Origin: a virus
Strand: one strand, 5' to 3'
Virus record (IMG/VR): IMGVR_UViG_3300046799_000011
Coordinates: 1 to 64,000 of that record
Length of the DNA stretch: 64,000 nt
Both the position numbers and the translations under genes were made by a program. Within the stretch, counting starts at the first letter, position 1. Every line of letters begins with the position of its first letter. Positions 40,945-52,896 of the stretch are shown one piece after another. The notes beneath the pieces are model-generated. The model was not told the DNA's origin. It was given only the letters and a program-made list of their open reading frames with translations, and did no database searches.

Positions 40945-42870
40945 CTATGCTGCGACTAGGTCAACTACTTCACAACCAGTATCAGAGGAACAAGCCAGTG
41001 TCTGACTACCGATTGTCTGGTCATACTGCTCATACCAACTCAGTTCATCCCACGGGATATCCTTGGGCATTGCAGCTACCATCTCATCGTACTGGTCCTT
41101 TGTCAAGTCCTCGTACGGTGCTTGCTGGTAGACATGATCAGAGTAGGGTAGGAAAGCCACTCCAGATAGTTCATCGAAGTTCTTCCACACCCAAGCCGCT
41201 GTTTCCAGCCACTCATCCTCTTGGATCGTTACTGTAACAGATGGCTTGTGCTCCGTAAAGTACCGCTGATATGTGAGCCACAGATCCAAATGCTTGGTAG
41301 CTGTAAGATCCTTGCGGGTAATAGCGCCCTCAGGGGCCTTAATAGGAAACGAGAATACTACTGCGGAAGCGTTCATTACATCATCTTCATAAGGAACCTT
41401 AGCGTCAATCATCAGACGTGTCAAAGGGTCCTTCTTATCAGCACGAACACGACGTACATAGTATTCAGAGTGCCAAGCATGCATTCCAGAGGCGGCATTT
41501 GTCAACTGCGACGTAGTTCCCTCGGGCTTTACGCATGTTACAGCAGCCGATCTATTAATCCCTAGGTTACGTGACCACAGGTCATTGACCAGTACCGCCA
41601 CCATGCGCAGGGCTCTTAACCAGTTCTCCAGTTCGACAGAACCTTGTGAGCCATTCAATACTGGGTGACCCAATTGCCCCGTCATAGAGACTCCTAGAAG
41701 TCTTTCCTCTTCTGTATTCTTCTGCCAAATGGGGCGAAGGTACTTGAAATCTGTAAAGGTTGACTGAATAGTTCCAAAGATGGTAGCAGCTTCAATCTTC
41801 TTACCCAAAGTTTTCAGGGTATCGTCAGGCCGCACAATGACTGTGGATAGGTTACAGAACTGGTATGGACGTAGGATAATTTCGCTACAAGGATTTGTTC
41901 CGTATTCAATGTCTGCCAGTCTACGCCCATACTTAGCGGCTTGTCTTTGAGAAGCTTCTCTATTAAAGATTCCACGCTCTCCGGATTTTGAATCATAAAT
42001 GTTCTTCCATTCCTGCATGAAGACAGACTGCTCCGGCTTTGAATTATAAACAGCAGAAACATTAGCCAATCCCCGGTAAGGGTGATTAACATACCACTCA
42101 CCGGACTTGGCTGTAGCAAGAGACTCATCTTCCAGGTCAGTCAGGGCAATAAGAGCAGAGCGTCTTACTCCTCCCACCACTACGACAGATGCAATCTTAC
42201 ATACGATGTCAAATACCTCAAGCGTGGTCAGTTTACGCCCTGTTGCGCCCTTGAAAATACCATGGACAAACCAGAAGAGTTCTTCCAGGGGTTCAGGTCC
42301 ACTAGAACGCCCTCCAAACGTCTTCAGACGGCTGCCTGCGGGACGAACAGCACTAGTATCGAAGTGGATGTCACGGCCAGCGTACAAGGCGCTTACAACG
42401 TCTCTCAGAGCTTCTGCCCAACCCTCCTTGGAATCGTTAACATAGATGTCCACAGGTGAGTGCCAATACTCAGAAGGACAAGGCTGAACTACAGGTAGTT
42501 GCTCTACGTATCTACTCTCAACAGAGAAACCTACCCCAGTTCCATTCATAAGAATATAAAGCAGCTCATCGAATGCAACTACATCATCCATAGGGAGATA
42601 GGCACAGTTATATCCTGCGATATTAGAGCGCTCAAGGGCTGGACCCGCAGTCATAAGGGCACGCATTGACCCTAGAGATTCCAGACCTACAAACTTGCTA
42701 CGAAGCATAGGCAGGGTATCAGTCAAATCGTAGTTATAGTTCTTCTGAAGATGACTTGAGAGGAAAGTAAGGTATCGATCCGAACTTTCCTCCCAAGTTT
42801 CTCTGCGTTGTTTGTCGTCGTCCCAGCGGGCATAACGAGATGTTGCAATAAAGGATTGATATGGGCTCAT
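40945..42870 (-). CDS. nrdJ: class II (adenosylcobalamin) ribonucleotide reductase
   Basis: YNC, GTGVGF, GGVRRSALI, TNPCSEI, QFCNL, VKPEGT, C-terminal CxxxxxC. Confidence 0.93.
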   Translation of the reverse strand: MSPYQSFIATSRYARWDDDKQRRETWEESSDRYLTFLSSHLQKNYNYDLTDTLPMLRSKFVGLESLGSMRALMTAGPALERSNIAGYNCAYLPMDDVVAFDELLYILMNGTGVGFSVESRYVEQLPVVQPCPSEYWHSPVDIYVNDSKEGWAEALRDVVSALYAGRDIHFDTSAVRPAGSRLKTFGGRSSGPEPLEELFWFVHGIFKGATGRKLTTLEVFDIVCKIASVVVVGGVRRSALIALTDLEDESLATAKSGEWYVNHPYRGLANVSAVYNSKPEQSVFMQEWKNIYDSKSGERGIFNREASQRQAAKYGRRLADIEYGTNPCSEIILRPYQFCNLSTVIVRPDDTLKTLGKKIEAATIFGTIQSTFTDFKYLRPIWQKNTEEERLLGVSMTGQLGHPVLNGSQGSVELENWLRALRMVAVLVNDLWSRNLGINRSAAVTCVKPEGTTSQLTNAASGMHAWHSEYYVRRVRADKKDPLTRLMIDAKVPYEDDVMNASAVVFSFPIKAPEGAITRKDLTATKHLDLWLTYQRYFTEHKPSVTVTIQEDEWLETAAWVWKNFDELSGVAFLPYSDHVYQQAPYEDLTKDQYDEMVAAMPKDIPWDELSWYEQYDQTIGSQTLACSSDTGCEVVDLVAA

Positions 42871-42910
42871 ATTAATGGTCACGTTATATTACTCCGCTGG
42901 GATGAGTAGC

Positions 42911-43730
42911 TTATATATTTCCGATATGATCTCCGCCACCCGCGTTAAGGGTGACGATAGATCCTTGCATTGTCTGGCTATCACCAGATTGCCTTGCTGG
43001 TGTTGCTTCTCCTGGTTTGGTGGGAAGACTTCTCTCACCATGACCGGATTGAGTAAAGCGTGGATGGTAACCGCATTCTCCGCAGGCAATAGCATAAGAC
43101 CCATGGGACATATACTTGTCACTCCCACAGTCAGGACAACGCCCGCCTTCCTTAAGACGGACGTTGGGCTTATAATCCTGCGGGATACTCTGCTGAGGTA
43201 AAACGGCTTGGGGTATAGTTGGGGCGTTATGCAAACCATATAAATCCCGAGAGGGAACTACTGGTGTTTGTGTTGTCTCCCCATTAAGTTTGTTCTGCCA
43301 AAAACTCATCTGCTTCTCCGTATTTTATTAATCCCTTTTGTAGCATATGGGAAACAACCGCTTCCGCAATAGCTGTCCCTAACTTCACATTGTGAGTTCG
43401 GAATTCTAGTTTCTTTTCGTCAGGCAGTTGTTCCATAGCCGCATCGGAACGAATCAAAGCCAGAGAAGCTGACTCCGCTGCCATATAGCACAGTAAAGAG
43501 AAGTCCATACCAAAAGGCAACATGGAATGCTTACGCGTCCACATCTCTTGCGCTTCCGCTTCAAGGACATCCATACTTGCAGGATTCTGACCATATTTAT
43601 ACGGTTCATCCCGCATCTTATAGGGACCTATCATATCCCACATCATAGAGCGAAACAATTCTGTAGTGAGAGCCTGCCACGGATCAAGCGGTGTGACAGG
43701 ACTCACGTCTTCAAATGGATCCATGGGCAT
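42911..43730 (-). CDS. hypothetical genes 42911-43309 (zinc ribbon) and 43284-43730
   Basis: CPDC...CGEC. Confidence 0.65.
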
Positions 43731-43831
43731 CTATCCTCTTGCTCTCCTGCACCAGTCACAGGTACCCGGAAAGTTATTACCCCTATGGTATCTGTCGTGC
43801 CATGCCTTGCTATTAGGTACTGGCTCTGCCA

Positions 43832-45823
43832 TTACTTCCCCTCACTCCATCGGTCAACAATCTTAGCGTCTGCCTCAAGGGGAACCTTGAGTATCTGAAT
43901 TCCTTCTCCGGCCATAGCTTCTTCCAGCATAGCCTTTGCTTCCTCTGCCCTGTGTTCGGGAGCAAGCAATACCAATTCATCGTGTACAGAAAGTACAAGA
44001 GAAATCTTATCTGCTGGATTATTATGACTAGCGTAGTCCGCCTTCAGTATTTCATGAATACGAACCATCGCCATCTTGATAATTCCTGCTGCTCCGCCCT
44101 GAATAAGGGAATTGAATGCCTGCCTTTCGGCCTTCAGCCTCTTCCACCGCTCAGGACTTGTGAGATCCCACACACGACGTTCAAAGCCTGTAATGGTACG
44201 GAGACTAGGAACCTTACGGGCTCTCGCAGTACTCCATACCGCACGCTTCAACGCACTTACTTCAGGCTGTGAAGTTTCGTACTCTTCAATTCTTTCCTGC
44301 GCATATGCCAAAGACTTATCCATAGTCGCAGCAATCTTCGGGGCCATAGCACCAAAGAGAACACCGAAACCAATAGCCTTGGAGTCCTGGCGCATTTCCT
44401 TGTCTACTTCCTCTACGGGAACCTTGTACATAGAAGAGGCAGTAGCCTTGTGCGCGTCAATACCAGCATGGAATCCATCATACAATACACCACGACCAAG
44501 GTAGTGGGCAAGTACTCGGTACTCAACCTGAGCGTAGTCCGCCACCACCAGTTTGTACCCCTTGGGAGCACGAAACAGACCACGAACCGCAGTACCAAGT
44601 TCGGTACCAGGTCGGGGAATATTCTGGAGATTAGGTTCACGACAGGAGAAACGGGAAGTAACTGTACCATATTGGACTAGGTCAGCATGGATACGACCAT
44701 CGAAAATACGGCAAGGCTTCTTAGAGTCACTGGGATCTCCCAGATAACCTAGTACATAGGTACCGAGAAGCTTGGATACCTCTTGGTATTCCAATAGAAT
44801 CTGGCACAGTTTATTCTCAGGGTAGCTATCCAGTACTTCTTTGTCTGTGGAATAGCAGTAGATATCCAGGGGCTCGTTGTTATTTCTTTTCTTCTTACCA
44901 GTATCGGTAAGACTCCAAGGCTTTAGCCCCTGTCCGCCATCCTTCTTATAGCCATAGAGAATATCCTGTTTCTGTTTTGTACTACGGATATTGAATACCT
45001 TACCCGCAGCCTTGAAGACCCTTCCTTCAATCTCCTCCAGCTTCCTGGTCAGTAGGATTTCCAGGTCACGGATGGCCTGTACGTCCACTGGAGCGCCTTC
45101 CAGGTTCATAGCGAACAGAACCTCAGTCAGCTTGCGTTCGAGCCCCAGATGGTCATCTATGCCCGCTGTGAGCAGTGCCTCTTGCAATCGTCGGTACAGC
45201 AACCACGTGTACTTAGCGTCAAGCAGGGCATAACGAGCTACCTTCTTGAAAGGATGCTTCTCAATGCACTTACCAACACCTTCCTGGTCATAATCCACAC
45301 CGTAATACCATTTGATAAGAGTCTTCAGCTTCTTATCCATGGGACGCTTAGGACCACCAACAACCTGTCCGATATTCTCGTCAAGTGCCCATTGGGTAAC
45401 GATCGTATCGTGTACTGGTCCAGGAGGAATCTCTCCGAAACCAGCCTCAACAGATACGAAATCCATTACTGCGTTATGGGCAACCTTAATAATATTGGAG
45501 AAGAAAAGGGGCCGCAGGATTTCGTAGACAACACTGGGCTTAAGCTGCTCAGGGGGTGCATCATAAATCAACGGGTACTTTACTTTGTTCTTGGTATGTT
45601 CCCTTTGCAGAAGTACATTTCCGTTGGGATGACCCATAGGAATAACAATGCTTCGGCCATAGGTAGCCATGGCAATCCATACCACACGGTTATGGGCAGG
45701 AACACCACGAGTATCAGGAAGAGGACCATTCATGGATTCAATATCGAAACAGAAGGCATCCTGCTTGAGGAAGTATTCTACTTCTGCCCTTAGCTGTTCC
45801 TCTGTAAGGATCAGACCATCCAT
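43832..45823 (-). CDS. polA: family A DNA polymerase with 3'-5' exonuclease
   Basis: DIES, AHN, PNLQNIP, ADYAQVEYR, R..SKAIGFGVLFG, VHDE. Confidence 0.95.
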   Translation of the reverse strand: MDGLILTEEQLRAEVEYFLKQDAFCFDIESMNGPLPDTRGVPAHNRVVWIAMATYGRSIVIPMGHPNGNVLLQREHTKNKVKYPLIYDAPPEQLKPSVVYEILRPLFFSNIIKVAHNAVMDFVSVEAGFGEIPPGPVHDTIVTQWALDENIGQVVGGPKRPMDKKLKTLIKWYYGVDYDQEGVGKCIEKHPFKKVARYALLDAKYTWLLYRRLQEALLTAGIDDHLGLERKLTEVLFAMNLEGAPVDVQAIRDLEILLTRKLEEIEGRVFKAAGKVFNIRSTKQKQDILYGYKKDGGQGLKPWSLTDTGKKKRNNNEPLDIYCYSTDKEVLDSYPENKLCQILLEYQEVSKLLGTYVLGYLGDPSDSKKPCRIFDGRIHADLVQYGTVTSRFSCREPNLQNIPRPGTELGTAVRGLFRAPKGYKLVVADYAQVEYRVLAHYLGRGVLYDGFHAGIDAHKATASSMYKVPVEEVDKEMRQDSKAIGFGVLFGAMAPKIAATMDKSLAYAQERIEEYETSQPEVSALKRAVWSTARARKVPSLRTITGFERRVWDLTSPERWKRLKAERQAFNSLIQGGAAGIIKMAMVRIHEILKADYASHNNPADKISLVLSVHDELVLLAPEHRAEEAKAMLEEAMAGEGIQILKVPLEADAKIVDRWSEGK

Positions 45824-46314
45824 TAAATCACCTCATCCATAATCATAGACTCAAGATAGTAGTAGTCATAGCCATATCGGCCTTCTCTGCGGATCACTAT
45901 CTTAAAACCAAAGTCATCCGTTTCCCACTCGTACTCATCGTAAGACTTCTCCAGCGTACTAAGGTAATCCATACCCTTCTCAGATGTTGAGCACGGAATT
46001 ACGTCATCCACATCTATACGACCGCTACCATCATAGGCATAGTGCCGAAGCATAAAGAATTCCATTTAATCCTCCAACTCGTGTGCCTGAATATAATACT
46101 TCTCGTACGCGTACTGTCCACTCTTACAGAAAGCAACCGGCCAGTTAGTGTACTCATCCCTAGTCAGAACAAAGCCAGAATCCTTAGTAACAAATGAACG
46201 TACTCGTTCAGCCGCTTTGTCGTATGACTTATGGAATGAGCATGAACCTTCCCAGCTATAACCGCAGCCATCATAGTCATAGTTTGTAACTTCATAGATA
46301 ATAGTAGATTCCAT
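45823..46314 (-). CDS. two small acidic, probably paralogous proteins (45823-46065, 46066-46314)
   Basis: Shared YxYDGxG and C-terminal Y..YY. Confidence 0.6.
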
Positions 46315-46332
46315 CTTATCCTCCTAAAGAAA

Positions 46333-46384
46333 GAAGCCCTGTCCTGACAGGTTTTAATCTATCAGGACAGGGCTTCATGGTCAA
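46333..46384 (-). promoter_or_regulatory. terminator hairpin overlapping a promoter
   Basis: 15-bp IR plus U-tract; TTGACC-N17-TAGATT with the -10 in the loop. Confidence 0.7.
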
Positions 46385-46387
46385 GGC

Positions 46388-47146
46388 TTACGGGTTACGG
46401 TCATGCCCCTTGGGGAAGTCCGTGTCCTTCAGATCCCGAGCGACTACCGCAAGCTGCGAGGCAGTCTTGGTGAAGATAGTCTCTGCACCGTAGGAGGTCT
46501 GGGAAAGCTCTTCAAGCTCATCTGCTGTAAGAGGACTGATACCGAAGTCTTCCTCAAGATCCGTACCCTTTACGGGAACAACCTGAATTCCTGTACCAGG
46601 GATGTGAGTAAGAACGAAGTATCGGTTAGGATCATTGACCGCGATAGTCTTACCGCCCTCAATGAGGGGAATACCTGAATCGCGCAGGGTTTCCATTACG
46701 GGCCAACTGAATGTCCAACGACGAACCTCATCAGCCTTGTCATTCATCTCAACAACACTGAGAAGGAAGTTCCAAGCGGACTTGTGCCCCTCATCACACA
46801 GAGGGCAACCATCATCCTGAAGGCAGTAAAGGAAGGGAGGACGGACAGAAGCTACGTAGTGCTGCTTCCACTGTGCCGTAGGCTTGGCCTCAAGAACCTT
46901 TACAAGCTTCTTAGAAGAACCCTTCTTGAAGTCGATGTACGGAGCCTTCACTACCTCACGACGCTCCTCCTGCGGAGCACCCCAACCGTCTCCGATAGCA
47001 GCCGGACGAGAAGCGCGCTTAAAGGGCTGCTCATGGGGCTGGTCAGCATCAGATGCATCAGAGTAGGCCGCAGCCTCAACATCGTGGGGCATGTCCATGT
47101 TGGAAGTATCCGCATCAGTAACGCGGTTACGGTTAATCTTTGCCAT
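46388..47146 (-). CDS. probable ssDNA-binding protein (gp32-like)
   Basis: H...C.....CPLC zinc motif; acidic; upstream of polA. Confidence 0.55.
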   Translation of the reverse strand: MAKINRNRVTDADTSNMDMPHDVEAAAYSDASDADQPHEQPFKRASRPAAIGDGWGAPQEERREVVKAPYIDFKKGSSKKLVKVLEAKPTAQWKQHYVASVRPPFLYCLQDDGCPLCDEGHKSAWNFLLSVVEMNDKADEVRRWTFSWPVMETLRDSGIPLIEGGKTIAVNDPNRYFVLTHIPGTGIQVVPVKGTDLEEDFGISPLTADELEELSQTSYGAETIFTKTASQLAVVARDLKDTDFPKGHDRNP

Positions 47147-47523
47147 TAATATGACTCCTTAGTATATGCACTTACGCATGTGTAGTGGAGAGTTATTTTT
47201 ATTACTCAGGAATTTCAGGAAGGATCCTTGTAATAAGTGATCCCGGATTAGTAGACATAGTACGCGCCCAGATGAGATCACTTTCCTGAAGTTCTGTCAT
47301 CTTATCACACAGGGCTTCACCTACCTTGGCAAGATCCGCATCCATAGAGACACGCACCTTCATACTATGGAACAATGCTTCCTGTTCGTACTTAACTATA
47401 GCGAGTTCCCAACTACGAGAATAAGTAATCTCTATCTCGTCATTAAGAAATACTACATCCATATTAGACTTCACAAAGTCTACGTTTTCAGTAGCTTCTG
47501 AAACAGGCTCAGTGCTCTCGTTT

Positions 47524-48099
47524 TCAATTTGCTTGCGTGCTGCCATATTTTTCTTGCTCCTCCTGAGTTCCGTACCTACTGAGCATCTGACGTGCCCACG
47601 CTACCATGTCTTCTGTGCGCTGTCCAGAGGGTTGGTGCTTAACCCACAGCTCCAAATTCTCTAGCCTATTATCATCACGTATTCCGTTCTTGTGATGTAC
47701 GTTCTCCCCCGCAATGAGCGGCCTACCTAAATGCGCAGACATTACTAGCACGTGCTCTAGTATGTACCCAGATTTAGATGCATTAGGGTGCCCATGATTA
47801 TACGGAAGAAGAATATATCCGTCAGACGTTTTTGACGGCTTAGCCTCTCCTGGGAGGGCTTTAATAATTACTGGGTATTCTGCGTCTCCGTATTTTCTTA
47901 GTCTTTGGTAATGCTTACTACATATGCCTAGACATTTAGTTATATTTTTACAGTCAAGAATTTTACAAACAGTACGTTTAATCCGCTTGTCAGCCAAAGG
48001 GTCTCCGTAATGTAACCATTGTCGATAATGATTCTCACAGAAACCCTTTGACCTATGCTTCTTGTTACAGTTTTCTACTGTACAACTAGATATTTTCAC
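47524..48099 (-). CDS. HNH endonuclease with N-terminal C-C-C-H repeats (probable homing endonuclease)
   Basis: EH.LVM..HLGRPL...[20 protein letters not shown]. Confidence 0.9.
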   Translation of the reverse strand: MKISSCTVENCNKKHRSKGFCENHYRQWLHYGDPLADKRIKRTVCKILDCKNITKCLGICSKHYQRLRKYGDAEYPVIIKALPGEAKPSKTSDGYILLPYNHGHPNASKSGYILEHVLVMSAHLGRPLIAGENVHHKNGIRDDNRLENLELWVKHQPSGQRTEDMVAWARQMLSRYGTQEEQEKYGSTQAN

Positions 48100-48523
48100 T
48101 TAGAATTCTCCGAAACAGTTCCGCCGCCCTTACTGCGAAGTCTGTATCAGACAATCTTTTTCCCTTGTCTGGCCATAAGACGCCACAGTCACGAGCTATA
48201 GTTACCAGACCCTCAACCATGGCTCTATTATACATTCTTCTGCGGCCACGAATGTCTTCAGATGGCCTAGTGAAAGGGGATCGGGGTAAGATTCCTTCCC
48301 GTTCCCATTTTCTCAGTGTTACTGATGAACGATTACCTAGAGCTTTACCAAGTTGTCCTATAGCGAAGAACTCCACCTCCTTGCCCTTCATTAAGAAAAT
48401 AAAGGGCTTGGCATCCCACTTCTCTATGTCTTTTTCCTGAACCTCTCGTACCTTCTCAAAGATGAGAGGGGTTGTGGATCCCGGAAAGACTTTTGCTAAC
48501 TGCTCTTGCCAAGTATTAGCCAT
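48086..48523 (-). CDS. MerR-like HTH DNA-binding protein
   Basis: IGQLGKALG....[12 protein letters not shown]...RRMY. Confidence 0.75.
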   Translation of the reverse strand: MANTWQEQLAKVFPGSTTPLIFEKVREVQEKDIEKWDAKPFIFLMKGKEVEFFAIGQLGKALGNRSSVTLRKWEREGILPRSPFTRPSEDIRGRRRMYNRAMVEGLVTIARDCGVLWPDKGKRLSDTDFAVRAAELFRRILSENI

Positions 48524-48700
48524 CTACATCCCGAATGTCACTAATAGCAGTCTCAGCAAACAGGTGGTCAGAAAGCTCTGTCTCCATAAGAGAATAGAAA
48601 TCCTCCCAGGAATACTCATCCATAGCCGCTGCGTACTGCTCATCCGTTAGTTCCAGAGTAAGTGATGGGGGATTCTCAAAGATAATCTTTACCTTACGCA

Positions 48701-49192
48701 TCAGTACCCACAATCGTATTCAAACTGAACAACACGGGTAGGAGTTACAACTACCTTAGTATCATTACCGAATACTCCACGTAAGGCATCCTCAAATCTA
48801 CCAGCGTCCACGGGAACGTCAATCTCACTCATGATATCTCCGTCAGGATGATCGGAAGACTCAAAGTCATACTCGGAATAGTAGTAGTCCTTGCCCGGAT
48901 ATGCAAGGTCCATGTCAGGCTCATCCTCTTCAAGCCATGCCGCAGCCACAATGGCGTTGGTAGTGATCTTGGGCTCACGTACACCGAACTCACAGGGGTC
49001 TCCGTCATTGAATCCTGGTGTGTACTGCTCCCACATAACCGCCGTAACACCGTACTTCTCAAAAGCTACCTTGAAATACTCATACAAGTTTTCAATAGGC
49101 TCCTGAATAGCACGAGACCAACCACCATAGTTACCCTCAATCTTGATATCCATGAAGGTAGCGTCAGGCTTGCTGTCCTTGGTTAAAAATGT
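48701..49192 (-). CDS. acidic conserved phage protein (start uncertain)
   Basis: W.QYTP.FNDGDPCEF. Confidence 0.65.
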   Translation of the reverse strand, partial: TFLTKDSKPDATFMDIKIEGNYGGWSRAIQEPIENLYEYFKVAFEKYGVTAVMWEQYTPGFNDGDPCEFGVREPKITTNAIVAAAWLEEDEPDMDLAYPGKDYYYSEYDFESSDHPDGDIMSEIDVPVDAGRFEDALRGVFGNDTKVVVTPTRVVQFEYDCGY

Positions 49193-49556
49193 CATTAAAG
49201 CTCCCAGCTTCTTTACGAATCGATCCGGACATCCAACGACTTGTGTCATCGTCATAAGGAATGTGCTTCAAATAGTGTTCAGGATTCGGAAGGAATCCCA
49301 AGTCTTCTACAATATGCCGCTCAGCAATAAGACGAACAGGCACCTGAATTGTCTTCTTATTCTTCTGGATAGTAATAGTAGTACCGAATAGCTCCTCACA
49401 CAGGTAAACACCAAGGGTGTGATGGTACATGGCGCGATGGCGGTAGTCACCGAGGGTCTTCTTAGAACTGTCAATGAAGTTCTCTATAGGAAGATAGTCC
49501 TCGGGAACTCCGCCCCATTTATGTGAGGCGGAGACCGCGTGGTACCAGGAATTCAT
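49164..49556 (-). CDS. DUF6915-like His-rich protein
   Basis: HA.S...KWGG.PEDYLPI..FIDSSK....D.RHRA..HH. Confidence 0.7.
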   Translation of the reverse strand: MNSWYHAVSASHKWGGVPEDYLPIENFIDSSKKTLGDYRHRAMYHHTLGVYLCEELFGTTITIQKNKKTIQVPVRLIAERHIVEDLGFLPNPEHYLKHIPYDDDTSRWMSGSIRKEAGSFNDIFNQGQQA

Positions 49557-50511
49557 TTAACTGAACTCCTTTACCTCTGCCTTATAGTGCTTGTGCTCCT
49601 GCTTGAAGAACTTATAAAGTTCCTCAGTGAAACTCCAGTCAGCCACATAAAGATCAAGAGTCGTAATAAACTCAATAAGTTCTTCGTGGGTGAGCTGACC
49701 GGACAGTTCCTGAGCGATATCATCTGTATCAAGATTAATAAAAGCACCGAATTCCATTAGACTCCCTTAAGTTCCATGTAGTACTTATCCAAATGGGCTT
49801 CACATACTAGGTCTACTTCATCCTCGTAATACCAAGCGCCGGATAGCATCTTCTCACCGTCGCGGGCTACGTCAATACACTTGACGATATAGTAGACTAC
49901 TGAGTCATCAGGATCAATCCATGTGGACATGATCTTGATAGTTACAGCATTACGACTGACTTCAAATTCGTTTGTCAGCAACTGATTGATCTGAAACAAC
50001 AACGGGCACCCACTTAATAGTAGTAACTTCCTTAGGCTCTACCTGAACAGCCTCTACATAGCCACGGGTATCTTCCCAACAGTCCTGACCCTCTTGATTC
50101 TCTGTGGCAGGATCCATGTAGTCAACCGCGTAATGCTTACCATCATCCGCTAGGAATATAAGCTCACGCCAGGTATACCAGCGATGCTTATCCAGTTCCC
50201 GATTGGCGATGGCTTCCCAGGGAAGTTCATACTCCTCTTCCAGCTCTTCAACAGAGAACTTACGAATTACCTTAGCCAAAATTCTCTACCTCTTCCAATA
50301 CTTGGTCAACAATCCTGAATAACTTTACAATATCTCCGCAATAAGGACTGCTAGCAGTTGCGGTAACACTTCGTCTAGTCTTATGAAATCTCCAGACACC
50401 AGCGCTATCAACGCTAGCGAATTCTGGGAAAGCAATACCATGTGCGACCATCTGTTCTCCTCTAATAATCCATAGCCACTCTCCTCGTTAAAGGAGAATG
50501 ACTAAAGACAA

Positions 50512-50859
50512 TTAGCGACGCTTACGAGTAGTAGACTTCCAACCCGGAACCGGCACAGCCTTGCGCGGAGTAGTGGTTGTGGGCTTGTACGTCTTGGGCT
50601 TAACCATAGGCTTCGGGGTGGCAACCTTGATGGTGTGCTGAGTGCCGTGAGGCTTGTACTGGTAGGTATGAGTAACGTAGTACTTGTGGGTAACACGAAC
50701 CGTCTTGGGGTGCGTGTAGTAGTGATAGTGGTGCGCGGTGTCATAGTAACCATACTGAACCACGTAGTCATACTGCGGAGTAGCGGGACTAGACCCACAT
50801 GCAACAGCACCAGCAATAATTGCCGTGGCAATACCCGCAGCAGCAAAAACCTTACGCAA
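50512..50859 (-). CDS. lipoprotein with Tyr/His/Lys/Thr-rich tail
   Basis: Lipobox AVAC; GGAG RBS. Confidence 0.6.
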   Translation of the reverse strand: MRKVFAAAGIATAIIAGAVACGSSPATPQYDYVVQYGYYDTAHHYHYYTHPKTVRVTHKYYVTHTYQYKPHGTQHTIKVATPKPMVKPKTYKPTTTTPRKAVPVPGWKSTTRKRR

Positions 50860-50877
50860 CGTACTCTCCTTTGTTGT

Positions 50878-51847
50878 TTAAACCTTGGTCGGGCTGAATG
50901 CCCAGGTTACATTGACATCCTGTAGACTGTCAAGTTCCTCTTGAGTCAGTTCCTCATTGACGAACAAGTCCCACAGTACATCCTGATCCACGTGTTGTAC
51001 AGTCACCAACAGCCTCTCGCGGTCATACTCAGTCAGATTTTCGTAGGCCCATCTGACTACCCGCTCCTCATTGAGAACCTTACTGGTCTTCTTAACTCTT
51101 TGCAAGCTAGCGTACTGCTGACCACTAACCTCAAGAGGCTCCTCAAACGCTAGCACATGAGAGCCACGTGCGTTAGTCTCTGCTGCGCTCAAGTAGGGAG
51201 ACAGCTCATTCTTAATGTCTTCCTGCTGCTGCTTGAGATCCTTGATCTCTTGATTGAGTAATAGATAACGGCCTACCTTGGCCTTGACTACGGGATTATC
51301 ATTCATATCTCACCTTATTAATAACCATACGGGAGTCAGATGTACGAAGCTGCTTAGTAACATAGGTATTTACCGCTTCAACATCATCAAACGAAAGCTT
51401 AGCGCTCGTTATACCACTAGAAATAAGAACTTCCCAGTAGTGGTCGGGGCGTACACGGAATACAATAAGACCTGCACGCCCGTTATTGAAATATGTTCCA
51501 GAAGCCCAACTATCCTGCCCAGTTGTCTTGAACTGGATATTCCTACTAGCCAGAAGCTGACTCACGGTAACTGTGGCTCGTGTCTGTCGCTGAATACTCA
51601 CAGCACAGCCCTCATCAATAAGTTTTGCAACTCGTGACATAGCTGTATCCTTCGAACCTGTAACGAGATCAGGCTTATCCGCTACATCCAAGACATAAGT
51701 GTGACTGGGCTTTACGCGAAACTCTACGCCAGAATTGTAGGTCAAGGTACTATCAGCATCCTGCCATTCCCCATAGGGATCTACATTCCAGGTAGGTATC
51801 TCTGCTTTCTTCTCTCGGTACTGAATTCCTTCTAGAAAGTTAGTCAT
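50878..51847 (-). CDS. hypothetical genes 50878-51306 (coiled-coil N-terminus) and 51299-51847
   Basis: ORF track. Confidence 0.65.
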
Positions 51848-51897
51848 TTAATTCTCCTCATATACTTACTTATAAGTTTACCTGTAGGGTAAGACAA

Positions 51898-52896
51898 TCA
51901 GCGGTACTGAATCATACTATATGCATTCAGTACCGCTGATTGAATATCACTGTTAGTTACGCCCTCAGTTCCCAGGTCTTTTGCTTCTGGGATATGAGAA
52001 TAGTTAATAAACTTTATTCTTCTACCGCTGCGAAGATATCGCTCCCGCAAGGAACGCATTTTATTCAGACCCACAGTGTCATTGTCCAGGGCAAAGATTA
52101 CTATCTCTGCTCTGTCGAATAGAAGATCTAGTTGTTTGTCAGAAATCTGTACGCCGTAGGAAGATACAGCGCCAGAGATCCCAGCAGTATAAAGGCGTAG
52201 ACAGTCCAACGGACTTTCCAGGACGATTGCTGTTGATCCACGTAGAACCTCAATTCCAAATAGTGTGTCACCCTTGGGAACTCTTCCCGGCTTATTACAA
52301 AACCAGCCTTCTCCCTTTTCCTGGTACCCCCATAGCTCTCCTGTATAAGGAGAACGTATGGGGAGTATCCAGTTATTCTTCTTCGGATCCCATAGGACTC
52401 CGTAGTGACTTACAGCTCCCGCAGAAACTCGTCGTCCGTCCAGTGCCGAGTGCGGTGGAGCATCGAAGAGCGCCAGTCGTGCTTCATTCCACGGCTGTAC
52501 CCAGTCGTCTCCTTGGAGACCACCAGTCCGCCCTTCGGGATCCGCCAGAATTCGTCGTAGTCGAGAGACTCCACCGCGACTACGGACCCATTGTTCTGCA
52601 TCTGATCGATCATATCCTTTAACCTCCTGGACTAGGTAAACGAATGAACCCTTGAAACCACAACTGAAACAACTGTGTTGGCCTGTTTCAGTATTAATAC
52701 TCCACTTATCAGGCCGGTTATTGTACTTTCCCCGCCTTTCAAAGTGGCCTGGACACAGAGCCCAAGCTTCCTCATGAACAATGCGGGCTACTTCGATGCC
52801 CAGTTCCTCAAGACAAGCTAGCACATCCCCCGGAATAGGGGTACCTGTACTAGCCCACCCATTAGAAACCGGAGAACGCTGTCCCGTATTCTTCAT
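51898..52896 (-). CDS. dnaG: DNA primase (CHC2 zinc finger plus TOPRIM)
   Basis: CPGH...CFSC; VLES.LD; ALDND. Confidence 0.85.
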   Translation of the reverse strand: MKNTGQRSPVSNGWASTGTPIPGDVLACLEELGIEVARIVHEEAWALCPGHFERRGKYNNRPDKWSINTETGQHSCFSCGFKGSFVYLVQEVKGYDRSDAEQWVRSRGGVSRLRRILADPEGRTGGLQGDDWVQPWNEARLALFDAPPHSALDGRRVSAGAVSHYGVLWDPKKNNWILPIRSPYTGELWGYQEKGEGWFCNKPGRVPKGDTLFGIEVLRGSTAIVLESPLDCLRLYTAGISGAVSSYGVQISDKQLDLLFDRAEIVIFALDNDTVGLNKMRSLRERYLRSGRRIKFINYSHIPEAKDLGTEGVTNSDIQSAVLNAYSMIQYR

